Positions 1 through 10,343 are shown, counted from the first letter of the stretch. The stretch: DNA of 64,000 bases from a bacterium (GCA_027620445.1 JAQBYG010000003.1:175-64174), one strand, 5' to 3'. The notes: a model not told the origin generated them from the sequence alone. Numbers and translations: made by a program.

Positions 1-295
1 TTTTACGCTCTTTAAAAGAAATTTCAGAAGAGAGTGCGATTGTTTTGAATACTTTCTGAATAAATACCTCAAATTGAGATTCATCCATCAGGACCGTAAA
101 ATCAAGATCCTCAGAGAATCTTGGCGCGTGGTACATCAGGTGTACGGCCGTACCACCTTTAAATATAACCTGATTGCTACCATTTGTAGCGTATAAGCTC
201 TCAAGAAAAATGAGCTGAATATATTCTCGGAAGACAACAGACTCAGATGAATTGAGCTGTCTGGCTATATCCTTGAGCTGATTAGCTGAGAGCAT
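1..295 (-). CDS. AbiEii-type nucleotidyltransferase toxin (DUF1814 family), C-terminus runs off the window edge
   Basis: Not in the ORF track. Manual minus-strand translation from ATG at 293-295 gives MLSANQLKDIARQLNSSESVVFREYIQLIFLESLYATNGSNQVIFKGGTAVHLMYHAPRFSEDLDFTVLMDESQFEVF. The FKGGTA and RFSEDLDF motifs are the hallmark of AbiEii/DUF1814 nucleotidyltransferases. The start overlaps the stop of the upstream AbiEi-like gene by 14 nt. Confidence 0.6.
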   Translation of the reverse strand, partial: MLSANQLKDIARQLNSSESVVFREYIQLIFLESLYATNGSNQVIFKGGTAVHLMYHAPRFSEDLDFTVLMDESQFEVFIQKVFKTIALSSEISFKERK

Positions 296-884
296 ATTGA
301 ACCTCTTGTAATAATTTTTGAAACTTTGCTGTCTGGGGAAACGATTTGGCGTACTGCCAAAACTTTTTTAGATTCAATTGCTCATAGTCGTATTCATCTA
401 TTGAATGACCCTTGAGCCCTTTTGAGCTAATATAAAGTTGATCAAGTAAGGCTTTCTCTGGTTCTGCTAGCAAGGCACCATCCACCTTAGCATAGCCCCA
501 AAAGAGTGATTTCTTTATATGTACGTACGAATATAATTTTTCATCTACGTGTTTAGACTTTGATTTTTTTGGTGTTGCTGATGTCGATTCGTACGGAAAC
601 TGAGAAAGAATGCCGTGATGATTGAGCGCTGTTTCAAATGATATGTATGACGGTGAATAGAGAATATTTGCTCTGATAAAGTCAGTAACTCTTCTATCAT
701 TAAGGTGATACTTGCCCCGTTCTAACTTAGTAAGTATCTCGTTTGTTACCAAGTCAGCGATCAGTCGATGCAGAGTTGCCTTCGAAATAATACCTGTATA
801 TTCTCGCAAAATTTGGGGTGTAATAAGAATATGCGAAGAATCTTGTAATTTTTTGATGATATTCGCTACATTGTACGTTTCCAT
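282..884 (-). CDS. AbiEi-family antitoxin (type IV TA / abortive infection), N-terminal wHTH
   Basis: 200 aa. Size and N-terminal HTH-like region (ATLHRLIADLVTNEIL) fit AbiEi. It lies directly upstream of, and overlaps, the AbiEii-like ORF, which is the canonical abiEi-abiEii arrangement. Confidence 0.55.
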   Translation of the reverse strand: METYNVANIIKKLQDSSHILITPQILREYTGIISKATLHRLIADLVTNEILTKLERGKYHLNDRRVTDFIRANILYSPSYISFETALNHHGILSQFPYESTSATPKKSKSKHVDEKLYSYVHIKKSLFWGYAKVDGALLAEPEKALLDQLYISSKGLKGHSIDEYDYEQLNLKKFWQYAKSFPQTAKFQKLLQEVQYALS

Positions 885-924
885 ATACTCTCAATATATG
901 ACACTTCGTGGCATCGTGTCAAGT

Positions 925-1590
925 TTATAAACTAATCCTCCAACTTAAGGCTCGTAGTAATACCTTTAGTGTATCAATAAAAGTCATCCCTCGGTCAAGC
1001 TCATGGTAAATCGTTGTGACTGGAATTGTAACAAAATCAAGTTTTGCTTTGGCAACTCGAGCAGCGATTTCCATCTCGACAGAGTAATCGGAAGAGTTCC
1101 AGGCAACTTGTTTATATGCCCTTTTCGAGAGCGCTTTGAAGCCAGAGGGAATATCTGGGATGTACGAACCAAACAGGAGCATCAGAAACACTGAGGCAAG
1201 TCTATTGAGCATGATGCGAATGAGGGGCATATTTTCATCAAATGAACGCACGCCGAATACAACATCATGTGCTTCTAGTGCTGCTGCAAATAACTCGATT
1301 TCAGTTGCTTCATGTTGGTCGTCAGCGTCAAAAAAGATCACTCCCTCTCCATTGAGTTTAGAAAACGCGTACTCACAACCGGTTTTGAGCGCCGCGCCTT
1401 TACCCAGGTTGATTTTGTGCGACAGAACATGTTCTGAGTGCTTCTGAGCAACCGCGAGTGTTTGATCACTCGAGCCATCATCTACCACGATGTACTGGAA
1501 TCCTTGTTTATTTAGCTTTTGTAGTACAACTGGCAATTTTTTTGCTTCGTTGTAGGCGGGGATAATTACCCAGATACTATTTTTTGTCAT
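925..1590 (-). CDS. GT2 glycosyltransferase, Dpm1/GtrB-like polyprenyl-phosphate sugar synthase (soluble, no GtrA domain)
   Basis: N-terminal IIPAYNEAKKL...VVDDGSSDQT and later FFDADDQH, a DxD-like motif. GT-A fold, about 220 aa, typical of dolichyl/undecaprenyl-phosphate hexose synthases. Confidence 0.7.
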   Translation of the reverse strand: MTKNSIWVIIPAYNEAKKLPVVLQKLNKQGFQYIVVDDGSSDQTLAVAQKHSEHVLSHKINLGKGAALKTGCEYAFSKLNGEGVIFFDADDQHEATEIELFAAALEAHDVVFGVRSFDENMPLIRIMLNRLASVFLMLLFGSYIPDIPSGFKALSKRAYKQVAWNSSDYSVEMEIAARVAKAKLDFVTIPVTTIYHELDRGMTFIDTLKVLLRALSWRISL

Positions 1591-2500
1591 GCTTATACCA
1601 CTCCACCACTCGCCTTACCCCCTCTGCAAAGCCAACAGTTGGTTCCCATCCCAATCTCTCTTTCGCTTTGGAGTAATCGAGTGAGCTAGTCACCTGCTCG
1701 CCTGGGCGCTCTGGCCCATGCTCTGGTGTGATTTGTACTCCAAATGCGTTCGCAACTTGCTGAAATACTTCATTCGAGCTGATCTCTGTTGTAGTGCCGA
1801 TGTTAAAGGCGCCTATCTCTGTAGAAGTCAATGCTAGCGCATTGGCGTTTACTACATCGTCGATGTAAACGTAATCTCTGGTGTGGGTGCCATCTCCATT
1901 AATTATTGGTGTTTTCCCTGCCGCGAGCATCTCACTAAAAATAGCAACAACGCCTGACTCTCCATGCGGATTTTGTCTTGGACCATACACGTTGGAGTAG
2001 CGCAGTATGGTGTATGGAATACCATACTGTTCGAAGTAATAATTAAGGTACAGTTCACCTGATCGTTTTGAAACCCCATAGGGAGAGAGCGGTTCTTCTC
2101 GCATTTCTTCAGTAAAGGGAGTTGGTTTGTTGCCGTACATAGCACCGCCTGTTGAAGCCATGATGATTTTCTTGATTGGAATTTCTTTCGCAGCTTGCAT
2201 GATATTGAGGACGCCAATGACGTTATTTTCGGCATCAAACTGAGGGTGCTTGACTGAGTTACCTACTTGGATGTGTGCAGCGTGATGGTTGATCACCTCA
2301 GGTTGTTCTTGCGAAATGATTTGTGTCACTGCTGCAGCGTCAGTAATATCGGCAGTAATCAGCCTGGCTTTTTTGTTGACAAATTCGGTTTTTCCCGTTG
2401 AGAGATTGTCTAGTACTACAACCTCGTGACCGAGCTCGCAGTAACGATCTACTACGTGCGATGCAATAAACCCAGCTCCACCCGTTACCAAAATTTTCAT
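1577..2500 (-). CDS. NAD-dependent sugar epimerase/dehydratase (UDP-hexose 4-epimerase-like SDR)
   Basis: MKILVTGGAGFIASHVVDRY Rossmann GxxGxxG motif, a YGVSK catalytic YxxxK motif, 307 aa. Confidence 0.75.
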   Translation of the reverse strand: MKILVTGGAGFIASHVVDRYCELGHEVVVLDNLSTGKTEFVNKKARLITADITDAAAVTQIISQEQPEVINHHAAHIQVGNSVKHPQFDAENNVIGVLNIMQAAKEIPIKKIIMASTGGAMYGNKPTPFTEEMREEPLSPYGVSKRSGELYLNYYFEQYGIPYTILRYSNVYGPRQNPHGESGVVAIFSEMLAAGKTPIINGDGTHTRDYVYIDDVVNANALALTSTEIGAFNIGTTTEISSNEVFQQVANAFGVQITPEHGPERPGEQVTSSLDYSKAKERLGWEPTVGFAEGVRRVVEWYKHDKK

Positions 2501-2510
2501 ATGTATATTT

Positions 2511-3674
2511 CTAGGCTACCCAATACCCTTGTATAAACAGCAGTGCGTTGTAGATCAGTAAGCTTACACTGAGCAGTATGAGTATAACCCGAGCAAGTGT
2601 ATTTTTCAGTAAAAGTTGTGACCAAATATAAAAGAGTGGAAATGCGACCAGAATGTAGCGCGGCATACTAGACAGGGTTCCCGTTAGGGTTGGGAGCACA
2701 AGGACTCCAAGTGTAAATATGAGCCAAGAGGTCGGTACTTTGAGTTGCTGACGTTTCCAGTACCCATACGCGAGTGTTGTAAATGCAAGCACAGTTAACA
2801 AAAGCTCTTGGGCGTAGGTGAGCCAAATTCGACTAATTGGTACGGTTGCTAAGATTTTTACTCCTCTCCACAAAGTCTGCGGTAGGAGGATGAGCGATTC
2901 TTGCCTCCCGGATCCAAACTCAGACTGGACGTGGAAAAAATAGAGAGGGTCTGAGAACTCGTACTGTAAAAAAGACATGAACGCTACCAGTCCAGCTAAA
3001 GAGAGAGAAAGTAAAGCAATAATAGGCAGTTTTTTTCTGACTGCTGCAATCAAGTGACGAGACTGTGTGGGAGATAGTAACTGCCAGATCAATGCCAGAA
3101 ACACAAATACCCCAACCAATCTTGTCGAGATTGCCAAACCAGTTGCAAGTGTAGCCAAAGGCCAGTGTTTTTTTTCTGCAGCTAGAAATGCTCCGAGGAC
3201 AAAGCACAGGAAGAATGCTTCTGAGTACACCGCGCCAAAGTAAAAAGAGGTTGGGAATAGCAAGAGCAGTGCCAGGCTAAACCAGCTGACTTTACTTGAA
3301 GCTCGTTGCTTCACCAACGCATAGAAAAAATACAGCGCAAAAGTAAGCGCAATAAAATTCAGTAACAGTGACACAATTGTGTGTGAAAATCCAAACGAAA
3401 CAAACTGAATAAAGAGTGGAAAGAGCGGAAAGAAGGCTTGGATCAAACCAGTGCCGATGTAGCCTTTTTCCATGATGGTCAGGTAATGCACGCCGTCGAA
3501 GTTTGCCCAGGAGTACATCCATTGTGGTAGGCCAAGCTTGGCGAGGAGATCATACGCATAGGGAAAGCTTGGGTCGTAGGGTATAACTCGTGGCGCCAGG
3601 ATGCTGAGGGCAAACAAGCCGATTCTCCATCCCAAAACTAATACTATAATTCTTCTAAGTAGAGATTTATTCAC
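2511..3674 (-). CDS. Polytopic membrane protein, PIG-V-like GT-C mannosyltransferase family (tentative)
   Basis: 387 aa with many hydrophobic segments. N-terminal WANFDGVHYLTIMEKGY resembles the W-x-WDG-x-HY-L motif of PIG-V/GT76-type mannosyltransferases. Confidence 0.45.
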   Translation of the reverse strand: MNKSLLRRIIVLVLGWRIGLFALSILAPRVIPYDPSFPYAYDLLAKLGLPQWMYSWANFDGVHYLTIMEKGYIGTGLIQAFFPLFPLFIQFVSFGFSHTIVSLLLNFIALTFALYFFYALVKQRASSKVSWFSLALLLLFPTSFYFGAVYSEAFFLCFVLGAFLAAEKKHWPLATLATGLAISTRLVGVFVFLALIWQLLSPTQSRHLIAAVRKKLPIIALLSLSLAGLVAFMSFLQYEFSDPLYFFHVQSEFGSGRQESLILLPQTLWRGVKILATVPISRIWLTYAQELLLTVLAFTTLAYGYWKRQQLKVPTSWLIFTLGVLVLPTLTGTLSSMPRYILVAFPLFYIWSQLLLKNTLARVILILLSVSLLIYNALLFIQGYWVA

Positions 3675-5283
3675 GCCACTTTCTTGCTGAAATTAATAAC
3701 CAAGCAAGCGCAAGCAGCGAGACTGTATTTCCAACCAATCGTGCTGGTGTATTTTGAGTAAAGCGAGTGCTCACTTGGTACTCTCCCGCAGGCAAACGAT
3801 ACGCAATCCTGCCGGCGATTTCTTCACTCTGGAGGTACTCGACTTTAGCTGCCGTACCATTTTGCTCTACTGTGGTTTCCCAGCCAGGGAAGTACATGGT
3901 TGGCTCGATCACTATTGTTTCAATGCTCAATGTAAGTGAGTATTTTCTCGAGCTTCCATTCCACGAATGCACTGCAACATTTCCGGATTCTGGGTTGAGT
4001 AGCATTGGAGCAGGTTGCCAATCTCCAATTTGTGTATATGAAAACTGCCTTGTCCTATTTTCATTTTGTGTGCTTGTGCTTTGCGAGAAAACATCATAAT
4101 CAAGATTAGTTTTGTGAAAAAAATCGACCGGAGAAAGTCTTGAAATAGAAATAACTTGTACTGTCAGAACAACCATTAGCAGACGCTGCATGAGTCGACT
4201 CTGCTGTACAACGAAAATAAGTCCAGGAATCAGTAGTGCGCCAGTGAACAGACTCAGCCTCCAAGGAAATTGGATAAAGCTGGCGGCAGGAACTGCACTC
4301 CAGAGAGACTCGCTCATCCAAAGTTGACCGAGAGCTGTTGTCCATGCCAATGCCAACAATAGAAGTATTGAGTTTACACCCTGCTTTTGCCTACCGATAC
4401 AAAAAATGGTGGCTCCAAAAAGTACAACCAATATAGGAAGACCGAGTGAAAAAGAGAGCGAATCTACGTCTCCGGGGTAAGAGAATCCAAAACCAAGCGG
4501 GCTCCAAAGAAGTTGTTGCAATGAGACGAAGTGCTCGAAATAAGTAGAAACAAGCGAGGTTTCGCTAACTACAGTGTATGACATTTCTGCCACTGCAGGC
4601 AGCCAAAACCAGAAGCTGAGTGCTACTGCCCAACCAAAAACAGCAAGATGCCGCAGTAGTAGTTTTCTTGATCTATGAGATTGCATAAAAGAAATAAGAA
4701 GAAACATGCCAGTACCAAGCACGGCAGAAATGTTATGACTGAGCAAAAAAGCTGTGAAAATCACGATCGCAAACATTCGCTCCTTTCGCGAATCTGTAAG
4801 TGAAATTTTCAGTAACCAAGGTAACAGTGACAGCGCGAAAACTTCACCAATGTTTCCGCGAAAGTAGATTGTTGAAACTAAATATGGCTGTAGCAACCAA
4901 AAAATAGTAGCAAGTACTTGTGTAGGAACCGTCGCCTTAAAAACCTTGGAGAGTTGCCAAACCCCAATTGACCCAAACATGACGCTTGCTACAACAAGAA
5001 TCTTAAATGTTAGCTCATATGAAACACCGAGTATGGAAAATGGTAGAGAGAGAATGTTGGCAAGAGGGTAATTAAAGTTAAATACCGGGTATCCATAATG
5101 ATTCAGTAAGTTTGGTGCAAAACGTGGTGGAAACTGACCTTCCCTGAGAGCAATCTTATAATTGGCAAACCGAGCTAAGTGATTCTCTCCATCATGCGTG
5201 TACGGAAACGATGAGCTAAAATAAAGATGGAAGAGAGCTATAAAGGCGCTGCAGACAAGAATCAGTAAGCCAATTCGCTTCAT
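3667..5283 (-). CDS. Large polytopic membrane protein, paralog family A (uncharacterised; GT-C-like or PTPS-related membrane protein candidate)
   Basis: N-terminal signature HDGENHLARFANYKIALREGQFPPRFAPNLLNHYGYPVFNFNYPL, shared with ORFs 11910, 15533 and 34623. Multi-TM N-terminal half and a beta-rich C-terminal domain. The ORF track starts at 5352, but the start is more likely the internal Met MKRIGLL at 5283, which abuts the upstream GT4 stop. Confidence 0.5.
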   Translation of the reverse strand: MKRIGLLILVCSAFIALFHLYFSSSFPYTHDGENHLARFANYKIALREGQFPPRFAPNLLNHYGYPVFNFNYPLANILSLPFSILGVSYELTFKILVVASVMFGSIGVWQLSKVFKATVPTQVLATIFWLLQPYLVSTIYFRGNIGEVFALSLLPWLLKISLTDSRKERMFAIVIFTAFLLSHNISAVLGTGMFLLISFMQSHRSRKLLLRHLAVFGWAVALSFWFWLPAVAEMSYTVVSETSLVSTYFEHFVSLQQLLWSPLGFGFSYPGDVDSLSFSLGLPILVVLFGATIFCIGRQKQGVNSILLLLALAWTTALGQLWMSESLWSAVPAASFIQFPWRLSLFTGALLIPGLIFVVQQSRLMQRLLMVVLTVQVISISRLSPVDFFHKTNLDYDVFSQSTSTQNENRTRQFSYTQIGDWQPAPMLLNPESGNVAVHSWNGSSRKYSLTLSIETIVIEPTMYFPGWETTVEQNGTAAKVEYLQSEEIAGRIAYRLPAGEYQVSTRFTQNTPARLVGNTVSLLALAWLLISARKWRE

Positions 5284-6323
5284 GATATTGCTCTTTGATA
5301 TGCTGCAATTGTCGCTACAGCTGTTTTCTGCCAGGTAAAAGTTTTGCTCCAAGCAATACTTTCTGCTGCCAGTCTTATTCTGTGATCCTGAGTCAGGGCG
5401 TGGATTAACAATACCTGCTCTGCCAGAGATTCAGCAGTTTCAGTAGCAAAAAACGCAAGAGCTCCACCTACCTCAGGAAGCGATCCGAGTCGAGTAGAAA
5501 CAACAGGAGTGCCGCACTGCATAGCCTCAAGCACAGGCAAGCCGAAGCCCTCTGACAATGATGGTTGGACTAAGCAAAGAGCTTCAGAATACAAAACTGA
5601 AAGTACGTCTGTTTCGTCTGGACCCACATCTGTATAAAAATGCACCCGATTGGCTACGTTGCTCAGGGCAATTTGACGCTCAATTGCCTCCCATTCAGGA
5701 ATGGGCTGTGGTGTGAAGTTTTTGCCGACACAAACCAGTGCGATGCTATCAGGCAAGAATTTTAGCATTTTAATCAGCTGAGGAATATTTTTGTTGTAGT
5801 TGATATCTCCCACATACAAAACATACATTTTTGGTAGTTTGAGTCGACGACTTATTTTCGCAACAGTTGTAGTATCTTGAGGTGTAACCGCTGGATTTCC
5901 TGCAAGTGGTACTACAGATATTTTTTCTTCTGGGAATCCTAAGTACTGCAGCAGCTGTCCTTTTGAAAACTCTGAATCTGTAATGACGTGAGCAATTTTT
6001 TGCAGTGATCGCTTTTGTCTGAGATGCGCGAGCTTTCCTCGAATGCCGGGTTTGTAGTGCTCAGGAAATTGGAGAGGAATCAGATCATGAATTGTTATTA
6101 CGCCAGGAATTGAACGATGGAGATGAAGTGTGGGTGCAAATAAGTCAAAGTACGGGTAATGAATGAGATCAAACTCTCCTTTGGAAATACTTCTGCGCTT
6201 GGTGATCCTTGTTACCTCTATGCTCTCCTTTTCTAGAGCTGCAACAAGTTCCCGTGTGTACGTGCCAATGCCCCTTCGAGAGTGACCGCCAAGGAGTGGG
6301 GTTGTATCCATGGCAACTCTCAT
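5280..6323 (-). CDS. GT4 (group 1) glycosyltransferase
   Basis: C-terminal SLSEGFGLPVLEAMQCGTPVVSTRLGSLPEV is the E-x7-E retaining GT-B motif. Confidence 0.75.
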   Translation of the reverse strand: MRVAMDTTPLLGGHSRRGIGTYTRELVAALEKESIEVTRITKRRSISKGEFDLIHYPYFDLFAPTLHLHRSIPGVITIHDLIPLQFPEHYKPGIRGKLAHLRQKRSLQKIAHVITDSEFSKGQLLQYLGFPEEKISVVPLAGNPAVTPQDTTTVAKISRRLKLPKMYVLYVGDINYNKNIPQLIKMLKFLPDSIALVCVGKNFTPQPIPEWEAIERQIALSNVANRVHFYTDVGPDETDVLSVLYSEALCLVQPSLSEGFGLPVLEAMQCGTPVVSTRLGSLPEVGGALAFFATETAESLAEQVLLIHALTQDHRIRLAAESIAWSKTFTWQKTAVATIAAYQRAIS

Positions 6324-7105
6324 CGCTGCGTACTTTCTTGCGTTTCCCAGAGTTTAATGGCGACAACAGGATGATGCAGAGCACTCAGGCTTGCAAAGAG
6401 AAATCCGCGCCAGCCGTCTACATAGCCACGATGACGTATAAATAAAAGAAAAAAAGTTCGACAAGGATCAAACAGAAATGCTTTCACAGTATGCAAAACA
6501 CTCGGTCTCGTTTCGAGTTTCCACAAACGCTCGGCTTCGAAAGATGTATAGCGGTTAAATTTTTCTAGGTAGCTTGCAAGAGTAGGATAAGGGTAATGCA
6601 GTAGGTGACCTTCGGCAGTTCCTACTTCGCCAAATACTCTTAGTTGTTCATGCACATTTTCTTGTGGCAGCTCTGCTTTCCCTCTATAAAATAACCGAAT
6701 TACAGAATCAGGATACTGCCCTCCTTTGCGCAAAAAGTCGCCCAAAAAATCATTTTTCCGTTTGATATACCAAGCTACTGGGGCACTTGTCGATAACGAC
6801 TCGACAGCGACCTTGCCTTGCTTAGCGATAAAACGAGCTAGCTCTTGATCGACCACCTCATCAGCGTCTAGCTGAAGAAGTAAGTCACCCTTGGCTGCGT
6901 CGATTGCGAGCTGCTTGTTGATATGAAAGTTTGTATTGTTTGGAATCGAAATAACTCGAGCACCAAACTTTTTTGCCAAGGTCACTGTATTGTCACGCGA
7001 AGAACCATCGACAACTAAGATCTCATCTGCAAAATCTTTGACTGAATGCAAACATCTGGTGATATTCGCCGCTTCGTTGTGTGTAGCCAAGACAACTGAG
7101 ATCAT
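6320..7105 (-). CDS. GT2 glycosyltransferase (paralog of 30501 and 32244)
   Basis: ISVVLATHNEAANI...VVDGSSRDNT...LDADEV are the GT-A DxD-type motifs. ATGA overlap with the upstream GT4. Confidence 0.75.
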   Translation of the reverse strand: MISVVLATHNEAANITRCLHSVKDFADEILVVDGSSRDNTVTLAKKFGARVISIPNNTNFHINKQLAIDAAKGDLLLQLDADEVVDQELARFIAKQGKVAVESLSTSAPVAWYIKRKNDFLGDFLRKGGQYPDSVIRLFYRGKAELPQENVHEQLRVFGEVGTAEGHLLHYPYPTLASYLEKFNRYTSFEAERLWKLETRPSVLHTVKAFLFDPCRTFFLLFIRHRGYVDGWRGFLFASLSALHHPVVAIKLWETQESTQR

Positions 7106-7119
7106 AGGATTATTTTACT

Positions 7120-8676
7120 CTAGAACTTGGTTATCTCCCACCCAGAACCATTCCACTCGACCAGAACTGTCTCTTCAGCAGTTCGATCGGCTGCTTGCGC
7201 AATAAAGTGAAACCGGCCTGCCTGTTGGCCATACCGAAAGCCTATCTGATTTGGTGCCTGGCGCACTACACTAGAGAAGTATTCACTCGGCGAGAGTTGG
7301 GCATACCACGCAGCCAAAATATACTGATAGCCACCACCATCCACAACTGCGACTTCTGCATCCGGGAATTCTTGCTTAACTTGTATCATTGCCTGCTCAA
7401 AACCAGGTTGAAACATAAGTTGATCACTTTTGTACTCTACAAAGTAATTCTGTGAGTAACGAAACAGTGAAAGCAGGCCAAGAACCGAGATGAGCAGCCA
7501 AAAGTGTTTGCCAACTCTTTTACTTATTGATTCATATGCTACTCCAGCCGAAGTTATCAGAAGGAAAAAGAAAAAAAGACTCCTGGTGGTATGTGGCGCA
7601 TCGGTGGTAATGCTAGACGGGAGAAGTGATATACCAAGTAGAAGCAAAAGAACAAACATTCTCCCCTGGTGACTTTTCCAGGGCTGACTCCAGTCAATGC
7701 GCTGTTTCAAGATTGTTGCGACTGCAAGCACGACCCCTATGAGAGCAAGGAGATACTGCCACCAATAAATATGCCCCCAATCTGGGACTGAGTGCCACGG
7801 ATGGGAGCCTCCCTCTGTAATCAGAAAACGAGGCGAAAATGCTCTGACTGCATTTGCTACTACCTCTGGTGCAAAAAAAATGACTTTATTGCCCAACACT
7901 TTTTGTAAGCCAGTCGGAAGTGCCGATCGATACTCATTGAAGGCAAGTGAGGCCTGCTCATCAGAAAAAAGCGTGATATTTTGTTTTTGTTCAAAAACTG
8001 GTTGTAGTAAAGCTAGCGCAAGCAGTGTGAGAAGAAGCCAGCCAGAAAATACAGGTGTCCACTTCCGCCAATATTTGTAGCCATGTACAAATATGATGAT
8101 CGGAAGCAGCAAAATACCTAAAAGGAGCGGTGAATTGTAAGTAAATACTGCTGCAGCATAAGCGGCTAGAATCACAAGTTTTTTCAACAACGTTGGTCTT
8201 AGTACGTCACTCAGTAGTGTGGTCAAGCTCAAAACGAAAAAAAGAAGGGCAACATTGGCCTCAAACGCGATCCGAGAGTAAAAAATAAAAACGGGGGCAA
8301 TTGCCAACATGGCCGCAAGAAATACTGCAGCCTGGTTTCTAAGCTTTAGTGTTCTTGCAAACCAGTAACCCACAACTAGTAAACCAATTCCGCTTAATGC
8401 AGATGGTATGCGAACCCAAAAGTCATTGAGTGGAACAATTTTGAAAAGAGCGGCCAACACTGCGGAATACCCAATCAGCTTGAAGTCGCCAAACGACTCA
8501 AGGCTCACTGGCCAAGGTCTCCCCCACTCGTCTTGTCCAACCGAACTGAGCAAATAGCCGTTATAGGCTAGGGCTGCCTCGTCTCGGTTGAGGATGCTCG
8601 GCAAAGATCCGAGTTGCCAAAAACGGGGAATCGCAAGTAACGGAATCACTAAAAGCAAGAAAAGGATTTTTTTCAT
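7120..8676 (-). CDS. GT-C membrane glycosyltransferase, ArnT/PMT_2 (GT39/GT83-like), family 1
   Basis: First-loop motif NRDEAALAYNGY...GQDEWGRPWPVSLESFGDFKLIGY, about 12 TM segments, C-terminal extracytoplasmic domain. Downstream member of tandem pair 1. Confidence 0.7.
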   Translation of the reverse strand: MKKILFLLLVIPLLAIPRFWQLGSLPSILNRDEAALAYNGYLLSSVGQDEWGRPWPVSLESFGDFKLIGYSAVLAALFKIVPLNDFWVRIPSALSGIGLLVVGYWFARTLKLRNQAAVFLAAMLAIAPVFIFYSRIAFEANVALLFFVLSLTTLLSDVLRPTLLKKLVILAAYAAAVFTYNSPLLLGILLLPIIIFVHGYKYWRKWTPVFSGWLLLTLLALALLQPVFEQKQNITLFSDEQASLAFNEYRSALPTGLQKVLGNKVIFFAPEVVANAVRAFSPRFLITEGGSHPWHSVPDWGHIYWWQYLLALIGVVLAVATILKQRIDWSQPWKSHQGRMFVLLLLLGISLLPSSITTDAPHTTRSLFFFFLLITSAGVAYESISKRVGKHFWLLISVLGLLSLFRYSQNYFVEYKSDQLMFQPGFEQAMIQVKQEFPDAEVAVVDGGGYQYILAAWYAQLSPSEYFSSVVRQAPNQIGFRYGQQAGRFHFIAQAADRTAEETVLVEWNGSGWEITKF

Positions 8677-10316
8677 TTTAGCCTACGTTCTATTGTAATG
8701 AGTTGACTCTCATCAGAGCTCGTTTTCGCAATAAACTCATACTCCATTAGTTCGTTCACTGAAAGAGTTGTGGAATCACCAAAGGTCAGGTTATCAAAAG
8801 TCTTTACTTGGTGATCATTGGCCAGCAGTGCTTGCAACTCTGCGGGAGAGTACTTCCCCGAGGCAAGGAACCAAAGAAACAATCTGTCATCATAGAAATC
8901 TATCAAAACTTTTTCCTCAGGTTGTCTCGTTGTTTCAACCAACGTTACAACTTGATCAAAACCTGCTTGCCAAGCTTTCCTGCTCGCAAGTTGGTATGAG
9001 CCAAAATAATAGTAAAAGTATGAAAAGATATCAAAACAAACAACTAGTACCCAACCAAGAAGTACTGCTCGTTGCCATGTTTGTTTGTGATTATTGAAAA
9101 TCTGAACAAATGCAAGAACCCCGAAGCTAACAAGACTCAAAATGGGAAACATTCCTGCCAGAGTTCTCATCGCGTGAGGAGTTTCCTCGGCTATTGAAGC
9201 CGGTACAACCGCCACAAGATACCATGTACTCAGCGCTAACAGCAGTGCTTTGTCTTTTTTCCAGAGTGAGTACGAACCCATGATGAAGAATGGGAGAAAA
9301 CTCAAAAGCATGAGTCCATGCTTGCCAGTTCCATGCCGCAAGTTGCTATCGCCCGTCAGAAACAGGTAGGTTGGATGCACATGGTCTGCCATATTTTTTG
9401 CGAAAGCTTGTAGTAAAAACACCTCTCGGTGAAAAACGAGCCAACTCAAAATTGAGTTGTCGGCTAACTCCTTATAGTGATTGGAGAGAGAAGCCTGAGT
9501 CATTTTTGCCTCAAAGCTAAGAACTGACTTTGCACTCAACCGTAAATTCTGACTTGCTTGATACCACTCAGAGTGAGTGAGTGGAAGCAGTAACAGCGCG
9601 TACACTCCAAGCATGCTCATACCAATGGTGCTCTGCTTCAGCAGAGAAAACAGTGATCTGTTTTTTTTCGCTACAAATGTGAAAAGGAAAAATACAACTA
9701 GAATTCCTGGCCAAATATATCGTGCTGCGAAGTAGGTATAGCCCGCCGAAGCGCCAAATAATACCGAGAGAAATAAAAATACGACTCCAAGAACTTTCTT
9801 GCTGGATGGTCGCATTGAAAGAAGTAAAAAAAGCACAGAAACCAATATCCATGCCTGACTTAACATAGATTCAAAAGCAATACGAGAAAAAAAGAATGAC
9901 CACGGAGCAAAACTAGTCACGACTAGAAAAGCGAGTGACAAAATCTGCCGTTGAGTTCGAGATAGGTGTTTTGCAAGCAACCAAAGAATGCCCAAGCCTG
10001 AAATCGTAGAGATGGCCCAGGCAAATACCGATACGAACCGAAGTGACCAACCGGAGACTCCAAATAGCAGTCCTGAGAAGGAAGCCAAAATCGGCAGTCC
10101 TGGTGCCTTGAAGTCACCGTAGGAAGGGTAGATCGGCTGTAGAAAAGAGTTGCCGTGCATGTCTTTGCCACTCTCGACGACAGTTTGCATGTCGATAAGA
10201 ATAGCTGTTTCGTCCCAATAGAGGCCAGGAGGGGCTTCGCCAAGTTTGTATAGTCGCAAGCATAGTCCTAGTAAGAACACTGATAATGCACTAAGTAAGA
10301 ATATTCGAGTCAGCAT
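8673..10316 (-). CDS. GT-C membrane glycosyltransferase, ArnT/PMT_2-like, family 1
   Basis: YWDETAILID...GKDMHGNSFLQPIYPSYGDFKAPGL motif and a conserved PHAMRT motif later. 4-nt overlap with the downstream paralog. Confidence 0.65.
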   Translation of the reverse strand: MLTRIFLLSALSVFLLGLCLRLYKLGEAPPGLYWDETAILIDMQTVVESGKDMHGNSFLQPIYPSYGDFKAPGLPILASFSGLLFGVSGWSLRFVSVFAWAISTISGLGILWLLAKHLSRTQRQILSLAFLVVTSFAPWSFFFSRIAFESMLSQAWILVSVLFLLLSMRPSSKKVLGVVFLFLSVLFGASAGYTYFAARYIWPGILVVFFLFTFVAKKNRSLFSLLKQSTIGMSMLGVYALLLLPLTHSEWYQASQNLRLSAKSVLSFEAKMTQASLSNHYKELADNSILSWLVFHREVFLLQAFAKNMADHVHPTYLFLTGDSNLRHGTGKHGLMLLSFLPFFIMGSYSLWKKDKALLLALSTWYLVAVVPASIAEETPHAMRTLAGMFPILSLVSFGVLAFVQIFNNHKQTWQRAVLLGWVLVVCFDIFSYFYYYFGSYQLASRKAWQAGFDQVVTLVETTRQPEEKVLIDFYDDRLFLWFLASGKYSPAELQALLANDHQVKTFDNLTFGDSTTLSVNELMEYEFIAKTSSDESQLITIERRLK

Positions 10317-10343
10317 ACTGTTGTTCTATCATATCCAATCTGG

